NCBI GenBank assembly: GCA_951406725.2
Contig: OX597822.1
Coordinates: forward strand, 18,786,001-18,850,000
Source of the DNA: Octopus vulgaris
Lineage: Eukaryota
Length of the DNA stretch: 64,000 nt
Direction of reading: 5' to 3'
The position numbers and the translations under genes were made by a program. The first letter of the stretch is position 1. Each line of letters begins with the position of its first letter. Positions 39,610 through 49,825 of this stretch are shown one piece after another. Below the pieces are notes generated by a model, which saw only the letters and a list, made by a program, of their open reading frames with translations, was not told the origin of the DNA and ran no database searches.

Positions 39610-41336
39610 AGAGCTTGAAGGACTACTACATACTGTGAAAGCATTCAGTGATGACACTTGATTGGAATTTGGTCTTTATAAATGTGCCAAAGCCACTTTC
39701 CAGATAGGGAAACTGAAGACCTCACATTCAGTAGTGTTGGATGTTGACACATTCATAAAAGAACTGGAGCAGGAACAAACTTACAAATACCTCAGGATAA
39801 ATGAAGACTCAAGCATTCAACATGCAAGTATGAAAGAGAAGATCAGGAAGGAATGTTACAGCAGAGTTCACGCAGTCCTAAAATCTGAGTTAAATGCATG
39901 CAACAAGGTGTTAGCTATAAATTCCTTAGCAGTTCTTGTTATTTGTAGTTTCAATGTGTTGAACTGGAATACGAGTGAAATAAGGAAGATTGACAGGAAA
40001 ATCCATAAGCTACTGACTTGCAATGAGATGCACCACCCAGAGGTAAACACAGATCGTCTTTACCTACCCAGAGCTCAAGGAGGTTGAGGCTTGATCCAAT
40101 TTGAAATCTACAAAACCACGACAATTGGACTAGTAAAATATCTTGAAACATCTAACAACTGGATGCCAAAGTTCGTTGAAAACCATTAAAGACATAAGAC
40201 GCTTCATTCTGTTATGAAGAAGAGAAAAAAATTTTCAAGTGAGTTCATGCATAATACCCAGGTTGAACAGCATGATGGAAGTGCAGCAACTGCAGTTGCA
40301 AAGGTGAAATCAATAGCAAAGAAAAATGCGCTTGAACAATTGGCTGATAGGTGGGAACAAAAACCTCTGCATGGCAAATATGTGATTCATAGCAAACAAG
40401 CTGGTGTAGGTCAAAAGCACACCTATCAGTGGCTATGGAGCTCAGGGCTAAAGGCAGAGAGTGAAGACTTTATCTTAGCTGCCCAATATCAGAGCTTATT
40501 GATCAGAAACTATCAAGCCAATGTGATGCAAAATGGTGTAAACCCGATGGAATAGAAACAGTCGACCCCCTAATCTCTGGATGTAAGGTTTTAGCACCTG
40601 TGGAGTACAAATCAAGACATGACAGCGTTGGCTAATATCTACATAAAAAAATGTGTCGGCATTATAAAATCAAAACTGCTGACAAAAGGTACTAGCACCA
40701 CTCTGAGGGAGAAAAATGTAACAATTTTTTGGGACTTTCCAGTATGTACAGATTGAACCGTCAAGGCAAATAAACCAGATATTGTTGTGAAAGACAAAAG
40801 CAATAAAGTCTGTTTTTTGATTGACATGAGCATACCCTGTGACCATAATATCTCAGCAAAAGAATTTGATAAGTTCAGAAAATATAAAGATTTCCTGATT
40901 GAAATCAAAAAGATGTGGCATCTCAAGACAGTTACAATACCAGTGATTGTGGGAGCACCCGGAATGATCAAAAAAGAAATTGAAAATTATTTACAAATGA
41001 TCCCTGGCTTGCCATCCATGCAGGAAGTGCAAAGGATTGTCTTAACTGGTGCATCACACATATTGAGAAGAGCATTTTTGGTGTAAATTTTCTCTCCTCC
41101 TCCACTTTATTTTATTTGTTTACTTTTCTATTTTTTATTTTTTCCTTTCTCTCTCTATCTCTCTTCCCCTTTTTCTCTATTACACAACTCTGTAAATGAA
41201 CAATCTGGTGTGCTTGTTTTAATGGCCTACCAATGTATACAGTACGTTTCTCTGCCCTAGGTGTCAGGAAGACACTCGGCAAAAAAATGGAAACAGAATT
41301 GAAAGAAGATGCAAATAAAAATAATAATAATAATAA
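39610..41336 (+). mobile_element. 5'-truncated R4/Dong-clade non-LTR retrotransposon (RT C-terminus + restriction-like endonuclease), pseudogenised
   Basis: FSDD..EFGL.KCAK, TYKYL, DRLYLPRAQGG.GL, KPLHGKY, ESEDFILAAQ, YKSRHD, and KPDIVVKDK...LIDMSIP...KFRKYKD (PD-D/ExK). Stop at 41086; the 3' UTR ends in (TAA)n. Confidence 0.9.
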
Positions 41337-41337
41337 C

Positions 41338-41535
41338 TGGCAGAAAGAAACTGAGGAGCAGTGGAGTAGAAGTCTCTGCATGGACAGTATATACTTCAAA
41401 GTCGAAATGCTGATGTAGACCAAGCAACAACCCATCAGTGGCATACTGTAACATCTCTTTTCATTCTCTCACCCCAGGACGCTGTGTGTGTTTTGGCAAG
41501 TGACTGTAACAAAGATGCGGTTTAAAAGTAAAAAT
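41338..41535 (+). mobile_element. Second, internally deleted R4/Dong-like fragment with a (TAA)n tail
   Basis: Encodes KSLHGQYILQSRNADVDQATTHQW, homologous to KPLHGKYVIHSKQAGVGQKHTYQW of the upstream copy, then jumps to a 3'-UTR-like end and (TAA)n. Confidence 0.65.
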
Positions 41536-41542
41536 AATAGTA

Positions 41543-41573
<31 letters not shown>

Positions 41574-41845
41574 TGATTAATTCTTTTTATTGGCCACAAG
41601 GGCTGACACACATGATTAGAAAACATAAACGGACAAAACAGGACGAAAGGTTAAAAAGGGTTTTGTCCGTTTGTAAAAATCCATGGAAAAAAACTGTAAC
41701 AACAAAAATATTTAACAATGAAAAACTCCCAATAGGGGGAGGCGCTTCGAAAGGTTCCTGGTGGAAAAACCCATAAAAGCCAACGGGAGCCTGGTCAAAA
41801 AGTTGGGTAGAGAGCCCCTTTCTCCTTTTATAAGACCTTTTTCAA

Positions 41846-44800
41846 TCACAGGCGAAACCTGAGAATTGGTCCATTTACACTGGCCATTCTTGCACAATTC
41901 ACCCACCTTTCAGAAAACTTGCTATCAGACAGCACTCTCCTCTCTAACCTCATCTTCCTTTTCAAGTGAAACTTGAAAAAGTTGATGAGGTCTTGACCAA
42001 AGAGGAAAGTGTCTGACATTAGCCCTTTCAAACGGGTCCACCATACAACCTCTTTTGCCACAGCCACTAGGCACAGGAAAACGGCCTCACCCTCCTTGTT
42101 AAAGGAGGTTGGCGGGGCAATCTTCATTATGGATTCAGCTGATAGCCGGATCCGTCCTATATGTGACAGTAGCTGTTCAACATAAACCCATAGTTCAGCA
42201 ATACTCGGGCACTGGACGAGTGCGTGCCGAACGGTTTCGTCGTCCTGGCAACACCTCGGGCAGGCCCGGCTGACGGCACTTCCGTGTCGGTAGAGTTTAT
42301 CCCGAACAGGCAGAGCCCCTTGGTAGCACTACCAGGTGAGCGACCTCTGGAAATTATCCATTGGCCCCAGCCCGAAAGTCCTTCCGAACAGACCGCTCAG
42401 TTTGTTATCATCAACGCCTAGAGTTTCCCCGAGAACGTCGTCGCATTTTTCCTCCACTAACCTTCTATAAAACATTAGAGTGTAACTAAAACCGATCGCA
42501 TTGCCTGCCTGGCGGAGGGCGGAGAGAGCTTGACGGCACTCGAGGTGCCAAGCGCCCTTTCTCGGTCTACGTTTGATCCAGGTCTGCAGCTCTGTCAAAG
42601 AAGAGACGAGCTGCAGAAAGTCGCGTCTAACAAAAGACGATCACACCTGTTCACCGTCTAGGAAACGCTTGAGATGTCACAGCCTGAGCGCATGTCTGCG
42701 CATCAGTAACCACGGCATGCCAAGGCCTCCGTTCAGCGGTCGTTGACAGCAGATGGATCGCCTGACCAGTGGCACCTGACCCTTCCACAAAAAGTCAAAG
42801 AGCAGGCGTACCAGCTTGGCCAACCAGCGTTCGGGACAAGGGACGACGGTCAAGCAGTAATATATGACGGATGCGATGTACGCATTCGCCACCTCCACTC
42901 GACCTTTCAGGGACAGCTTCCTATCGGCCCATTTCTGGGTGAGACGTGCCACCCTGCTCGTCACTTCTTCCCAGTTTTTATCCACCTGGAGGTCCGGACC
43001 GAACCAGACCCCGAGCAGTTTAACGGGTCCGTTTGTCCAGCTCCCTATGACACTGTTGGACGGCATGGGCTTGCCTCTCCAGGTGCCCAGTTGCAAGCCC
43101 ACAGACTTTTCCGCGTTAATCTTTGCCCCTGTCACCACTTCGTACTCGTTTAGTGTCTCGCCAATCAGGCCAATGTGCTTGTGGCTCGACACCATCACGG
43201 TGACGTCGTCAGCATAGGCAGACACGCTGTTTCCACCTCCTAGATCGTGCAGGATATCCCTCAAAGCCTCCAACTTGCGCAGTAATGGCTCGAGAGTCAA
43301 TATGTACAAGAGGAAGGAGAGAGGGCATCCTTGGCGGACTGAACGCGAGATGTCAAACGGTTCCGAAAGGTGACCGTTTACCCATATCACCGAGCAGATG
43401 TTGCCATATAAAGCAGCGATCCACCCGCGGAAGACTGAACCGAAGTCAGCTGCCTTGAGAGAAGGCTTTACTCTGATCTAAATTGATCAAAGCCCCACCC
43501 ATGCCAGCGTCGTTACCCACCCTCTCTATGATGTAGTGCATGGAGGTTGTCGTGTATCGACCTGGTCGGCACGGTGCATGTCTTCGTCTTGCCAACCAGC
43601 TTGTCCACGACAAGCGCCAATCTCTTGGCTAGCACCTTGGCCAAAATCTTCAACTCTGCATTGAACAGAGTGATGGGCCGAAAATTCCCTATAATGTCTC
43701 CCTTGTTTGGGTCATTTTTTAGCAAAGCCACCACCCCTCGACAGACGTTTTGCTGCCAGTTGCAGTAGACGTTTGCCAACAGGCCCGCAAACAAGTCTGG
43801 CATTGAAGTGTAAAGCTCCCGGCGATCTACCTCTCATGCAACTCTTCATCGCTTCCTCCACTTCCCAGGCAGATATCGGTCCTTCGCAGCACTCTGCCTC
43901 GCTGTCCGAGAGTTGCGGTAGGCCGTCCAGGTACACACCGAAGTCTGTACCATTGTCCGTTCCACCGCTCGTCCCAAACAGTTGAGCAAAGTGCCGCTGA
44001 AACACCGCACACATCTGCTTCGGTTCGGTAACCTCGCACCTGTTCTGGTCCACCAAAGACCGAATAGTTGCTTTGATGCCTCGCTTCGCCTCCGCCACGC
44101 GGGCCCATCGAGCGGCTCTAGTCCCCTCCCCGCTTAGCGAACGTGCCTTAGCTCTGACAACACAGCCTTCGTGTTTGGTGTCAAAGTGTTGGTCGAGGGC
44201 CAACCTTGCCGCCAACACGTCGGTCGCGATGCCAGTCTCAAGAGCCTCGTCTAGTTTCTTAACTAAATCCCACCCTCTCTCCCTATGTTCAATAGCTAGA
44301 GTCTTACTAAACCTAATAGACTCTACTCTAATTGTTCTCTTGAGGGCAAACCACCAGTTGTTGTTAATGATTGCCCCCGTGAGCGCCCGTTTAACTAGTA
44401 AAATAATCGGTCTCTGTAAGCTTTGCACGCCGTTAACGACGCGTTCAGCTTCCAGTAGCCGGGTCCCTGTCTATGTAGCCTATCTAAGTCGACCGTACAG
44501 ATCACGAATTTGTGGTCCGTGTAGTCGACTAGGTGGAATTGTGGACACTCTATGCTGTCCTTATCCGCTGGCCTACTAAACACTCTATCTAAGTACGATC
44601 TAGACGACCCGATGCGATTGGTCCAAGTCCACATTGGCACATTCGGGTTGTCTAGTCGAAACCTGTCGGACAGCTGAAAGCATTCGAGTAGGTTGGCGAG
44701 GCTCTTGCACCCTCCTCTCCTATCAGATGCTCCCCTGCCCATCTGATCGAAACGTTCGCCTAAGACAGCGTTGCATCCCAAACTAGCACTAGAGTGCGTG

Positions 44801-45200
44801 ACGTTCCCAGGAAAACTTGCAGACGTTTGAAATAATCTGACTGCCCTGCTCCTGTCGGAGCGTAGGCAGCCAGCAGTCTGAAAGTACCACCGTCACTACC
44901 GTCTACGTCGAGGACCACCAACTTCCCTTCCGGATCCAGGAAGTCTGTCCTTATTTTCAAGTCCAGGCCCTTCCGAAACAACACCGCAGTACCACCACCG
45001 CCCGCTCCCAGCTGACACGGAGATAGAAAGATCTCGTATCCGCCGAAAAGGGCTGCAAGTTCCTGCAGGTTGGAAAGCCTGGTTTCACTAATGGCTGCTA
45101 CATCCACATCATAAAACCTCAGGTCGTTTAACAGGTGGCCCGGTTTCCAAGGTGACCCAAGGCCTCTCACATTCAAGCAACCGATTCTAAGTTTTGCCAT
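41846..45200 (-). pseudogene. Tx1 ORF2 (AP endonuclease, reverse transcriptase, C-terminal zinc finger), frameshifted
   Basis: MAKLRIGCLNVRGL..AAISET..AYAP..SYLDRVF..TDHK..GPGYWKLN; NFRPITL..KILAKVLAKRL; SVRQGCPLS..AYADDV; LSLKGRV; CPRCCQDDETVRHALVQC; ends LRFRL*. Confidence 0.92.
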
Positions 45201-45239
45201 GTTTCAAAGGTGACAAAAAAATAAAAGGAGAAAAAGGCT

Positions 45240-46013
45240 CTACTTACTGTTGTTGGTGGTGGGGGTGACTCTCTTGTGCTTTTGCACGGGTGTTTCTACA
45301 ATATTTTTATAAAGTTTCTTTGAGAAACTTCTCCCTAGCAACCCGACATCGTTAGGGAATATTTGTTTTATGTCACTATATGTTTTTTCGTTAATTTTAA
45401 TGGTGAGAATGTGTGCTGGTGGTGTGTTGTGTGTAGGTATTATGAAATCCGTAATGTTTGTACTTGCGTTGTCTTTTAGATATGAAACGAGTTTTTCATT
45501 TTTTTCTGTTTATGGCTGTAATCGTGTCTGTGTGTGTTGTTGTGTGAGGCAGTGGCAGTAGTGGTGTCGAAAGTGTTGTTGTTGTGAATGTTTGTTGTTG
45601 TTGTGAATGTTTGTTGTTGTTGTTGATGTTGGGAAGCACTATTTGTTCGTGCTTCCCCTGTGCGTCTTTTTGCTTTCTCTTCCTCTTCTTCTTTGGAGGC
45701 ACTGTGTGCCATTCACTTTTCTCGGTATCAGTGCTCGCACAATCCGAGCTGTCCTGATCCAGAAAGGGGATGGCTGTCGGGTCCGCTTCAGCAGCAGGGC
45801 GAAAAATTGTTGGTTCTGCTGGTAGCAGTGGTGTTGCTGTATCTGTTGGTGATGGTGACGGTGTCGGTGATTCTTCTTCTTCCTTTTTTTGGTTGTTGTT
45901 TTTCTTGGTGCTGAGGTTGGTGTTGGTTTGGTGTTTGTTGTTGGAGGTGGTGTCATTCGTCGTGGTGGTGGTGGTGGTGATGGTATTGGTGGTGTGGCAG
46001 TCTTTGGTGTTTC

Positions 46014-46045
<32 letters not shown>

Positions 46046-46052
46046 GCTGTTG

Positions 46053-46084
<32 letters not shown>

Positions 46085-47249
46085 ACCGCCGCCGCCGCCG
46101 CCGCCTCCTCTTCCTCCGCCTCTTGACGTCTGCCTCCATTCTTTTTTTGTAAATGGGGCAGTCCCTCTTTAGATGGCTTCTGCTGCTGCAGAGGTAATAT
46201 TTTGGCTTTTGTCCCTCCATAGTAACGTGCAGCCTGGTTCCGTCCGGCAAATTTACTGAGTCAGGTATGGCATTAATGTTTTCCTGCTGGATTTGTACCA
46301 GCAGTTGAACTCCCATACCTGACCAGTTTTTTTCCCTCATTCTTCGTACATCTAGAATAGTGGCAGTGTCCTCTATGTCATAGAGGACAGCCGCCACCAG
46401 CCATGATATATTTAGTTCGGGGGATACTGTGTCGATTTTTATTTTTTGGACCCTCCGCCCGAGGTATGTTGGGACCAGGAACAAATTTTCATTTTGCAAG
46501 GGCAAAATGGCATGCGCCCTTGTATCCTCCTCTGTTGGGAAGCGAACCTCCACGGTTCCGAAACGCTTCCCTCTGGTGACATAGCTCTTTTTGGTCCATA
46601 TGGGCTTCAGAGCTATTTCCAATTGTTGGGGTGTTGCATTGATTACTCTTTTGTTTTTCTTGTCGAAAACCTTGTAAAGTATTGTTTTCTTGTTTGTGTC
46701 ATTTATGAGTTGTTGAGGTGTATTGAGGAAAACACTGTTTCCCTCTTTTCTCAGCAACTCCTTTGCGCTTTTTAATTGGTCTATCGTAACTTTTACTTCC
46801 GAGTTTTCTTTTGTAGCGGAGGCGAAATCGCTACAATGGCTTGTTATATTGTTGCTGGTGGTGGTGTCGGTGTGGCTGCTGGTCATTTTCTTTGCTTCTT
46901 TCTCTGGTACTGGAGCACTGGTGGAAGGAAGAGAAGGAAAATCTTCATTGACGTCAAAGGGGACGCCATCGTTGTCGCTTTTCTTTGCAACGGTCTTTCT
47001 TCCGTCCTTCTCCAGTACTGGAACACTGGTAGAGGGAAGAGGAGGGAAATCTTCAATGACGTCAAAAGTGACACCTTCGTTTTCATTTTCATTTGGAACA
47101 TTTTGCGTGCCGGCACGTTCCTTCGAAAACTTTTGTTTGCCTTTTAAGGCACGAAATGGGCGGTTTGGAGAAATGTTCAAATCAATTTTTTCTTGTGGCG
47201 GGGGTGGTGTTCGAAGAAGGGAACAGCCAACTGTTCTCTTTAACGACAT
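45240..47249 (-). pseudogene. Tx1 ORF1 (gag-like), with a microsatellite-expanded, frameshifted C-terminal half
   Basis: 388-aa open segment 46083..47249 with an RRM-like region (RFGTVEVRF) and a mutated zinc knuckle Y-YL-C-x4-H-x4-C. After (GCG/GCA/ACA)n tracts, an open tail ends ...VTPTTNNSK* at 45240. Confidence 0.8.
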
Positions 47250-47471
47250 TTTTTCAATATGTATGTGAATGTAATTTTAAAAAGTCAATATTTCAAACGA
47301 AAATTTTACCCCTAATGGGGTAAAATTTTGCCTAACCAACTAGCTCCGCAAGAAGTTAGTCGGCTTGGCCCCACAAATATCCAAAAATATTTACACTTTT
47401 AAATAAATTTCCAACAGAAATGGTGCAAAACTTACGCAGCTTCTGGAGACACGTCCGTCCGCTCGAGAAGA

Positions 47472-47511
<40 letters not shown>
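47472..47511. repeat. (AAT)n microsatellite at the Tx1 5' junction
   Basis: About 13 perfect units; a matching tract lies at 41533-41574. Confidence 0.95.
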
Positions 47512-47513
<2 letters not shown>

Positions 47514-47644
47514 GGTACTCCAGGCATGTGTCTGATGTACCCTTATCAGAGAGGTAGTTATAATAGGTATACTAGGCCTCGTATATTTTACCCGAGTGTC
47601 ACTTTTATGGCATGCTCTGCTCTCTCACTCAATAATAATAATAA

Positions 47645-47835
47645 TCTTTTCTACTATAGACACAAACCCTGAAATTTTAGGGGAGGGGACTAGTCAATTA
47701 TATTAACCCCAGTGTTTCACTGGTATTTCATTTATTGACCCCAAAAGGATGAAAGGCAAAGTTGACGCCAGTGGAATTTGAACCCAGAATGCAAAGACAG
47801 ATGATATGCTGCTAAGCATTTTACCCAGCATACTA
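47645..47835 (-). mobile_element. tRNA-derived SINE (same family as 13700-13890)
   Basis: Antisense: ctttctactata..cctgaaatttt..ccccag...gaaaggcaaagttgac...ggaatttgaaccc...gctaagcattt. Confidence 0.7.
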
Positions 47836-47914
47836 ATGATATATATATATGACGATGATGATGATGATATATATTCATATATAAATTAGACTGGCCCTCG
47901 TGCCAAGACTAGCC

Positions 47915-48115
47915 CTTGTGCCGGTGGCACTTCAAAAGCACCCACTACACTCTCGGAGTGGATGGCGTTAGGAAGGGCATCCAGCTGTAGAAAGTCTGCC
48001 AGATCAGATTGGTTCCTGGCGCAGCCATCTGGTTTGCCAGTCCTCAGTGAAATCGTCCAACCCATGCTAGCATGGAAAGCGGACAGTAAATGATGATGAT
48101 GATGAAGATGATGAT
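47915..48115 (+). mobile_element. RTE-clade LINE extreme 3' end with (GAT)n tail
   Basis: Sense-orientation copy of the recurring 3' UTR. Confidence 0.8.
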
Positions 48116-48258
48116 ATATGTATATATATGTCTATATATATATATGCATATGCATACATATATATAATTTCTGCTGCTTTTAAATAAAGCATATTACTCT
48201 ACTTCTGGTATTTGAGTACTCTTTTTTCCACCTTGTTTGACATTTATGTGTTTACTCC

Positions 48259-48296
<38 letters not shown>

Positions 48297-48435
48297 AGAA
48301 ATATTAAAATTACTAAGTCTCTCTAAAGGAGGGCTAGTCTTGGCACGAGGGCCAGTCTAATTTATATATGAATATATATCATCATCATCATCGTCATATA
48401 TATATATCATTAGTATACTGGGTAATATATATATA

Positions 48436-49597
48436 CTAGCAGCTAAGCCCGGTTTCACCCGGTCTGTTTGGATAATGTAGCTGTGATCACTTTCGGTTAG
48501 GCATAATCTATAACACCGTTACTCAACCTTATCATTTCGGGTCCTCTGTTTCAATTGGAGCCTCCAGCTGTATGAAAATTTCCTGACTCCCCACCCCTGT
48601 CAGAAAACAGCTTCAGGAGTTGTGAAGGACGAATTTGTACATAGTCTGTTTCTGAGAGCTATTCTATTGGACCTTTGTCTAATCATTAAAACATTGGGTG
48701 ATCTTTCGATATGGAAACACATGTCTAACCCTAACCACTTATAAACCACATGTATTTATTTACATTTTTGGAAATGATTGTCGGTTTCCATACAAAAAAT
48801 TTTATTATTTTAATATAGAGTTGAAGTTGGCATGAAAGCAAAAGTGACAGAGAGAGCATGATTGTATGAGTGAAGTTCTTTTGAAGTTGGCCTGAAGCGG
48901 AAGAATTGATGTGTGTACATGCATGCATGTGTGTGTGCGTGTTTGATGGGGTGTGCAAGACAGAATGTGTGGTTTGTGTGTATGTATGTGTGAGAGAGAG
49001 AGAGAAAGAGGGAGAGACAGATAACTGAAATTTTTTATTCGCTTTAGTAGTGAGTGAATGTGTGAGTGATTGACAGAGAAAAAGTGAGAGAGAGATTATG
49101 TATGTATGAATGGTTTCAGTGACACACACATATACACATGCAGGTTGTTATGTATGTATGTATACATAGATGTATGTATCTGTGTATAGCCAAGAAAGAG
49201 AGCTAACTGAAATTTTGTTATTCACTTTTTGTAGTGAGTGAATGTGTGAGTGACTGACAGAGAAAAGGAGAGAGGTTATGTATGTATATGTGTGTGTATA
49301 TGTATGAATGGCTTTGGCTGGCTGTCATCCTGTACTCTCCTTGTTGCTAGCGAAATGGTATATGCTGGCTGTGTGAGCAACTGGTTGGTTTAATGGCAGG
49401 GGAATTCCATTAGAAAAAGTTTTAATCGATTTTCTTGGTAACTATGGGAACTAGGAAAAAATACAAACCGCATTGCAATCTATGCACCCGTCTCCACATG
49501 TGTGCCATTTTTCACAGGAATCCACCCAGCTGTTTGGCTGTGAACCTCAAGACAAGAAAGAATACAATGCATTCCCATGTCCAATTTATATTATAGA
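48436..49597 (-). mobile_element. Non-autonomous Helitron
   Basis: Minus strand: A|TCTATAATATAAATTGG ... CCGGGTGAAACCGGG hairpin, then CTTAGCTGCTAG|T. This gives 5' TC, 3' CTAG, an A|T target and no TSD. Internal duplication 49021-49107 vs 49203-49287. Confidence 0.8.
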
Positions 49598-49609
49598 TAC
49601 ATTTATATA

Positions 49610-49825
49610 GTAAATCCCCAAAACACAACAAAGAAGAAACACAAGAAAAAAGCAACAATGTGAGGACATGGTACATGCACAGTATTAGCAGGTGCTCAGG
49701 GAAGGAAAGAAAAGTAGTTTTACATTTTGAGCAAGTCTCTTCATCAGAAACTGGAGATGGAGGAAAGTCCAAGAGAAAAGGTAGATGGAGGAAAAAAATC
49801 ACCAATGATCCACATGTGGTTACAT
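49610..49825 (-). mobile_element. Solo Penelope-like terminal repeat carrying a decayed hammerhead motif
   Basis: About 215-bp unit between TA runs that contains the motif at 49716-49752. Confidence 0.6.
49716..49752 (-). ncRNA. Degenerate minimal type I hammerhead ribozyme
   Basis: AGTTT CTGATGA A GAG acttg CTC aAAA t GTA AAACT: 5-bp stem I, CUGAUGA core, GAG/CTC stem II. GAAAC is altered at two CpG positions. Confidence 0.65.

Larger units (their letters stand above)
41575..47471 (-). mobile_element. Near full-length Tx1-clade (L1 group) non-LTR retrotransposon, ~5.9 kb, flanked by (AAT)n on both sides
   Basis: 5' UTR, ORF1, a 39-nt spacer, ORF2 (APE-RT-CCHC) and a 3' UTR with AATAAA at 41586-41591 (-). 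CpG-rich relative to the flanks. Confidence 0.93.

Noticed and set aside
42743-47268. Several + strand ORFs overlapping the Tx1 element
   Set aside because: Antisense shadows of the GC-richer or repetitive Tx1 coding sequence.
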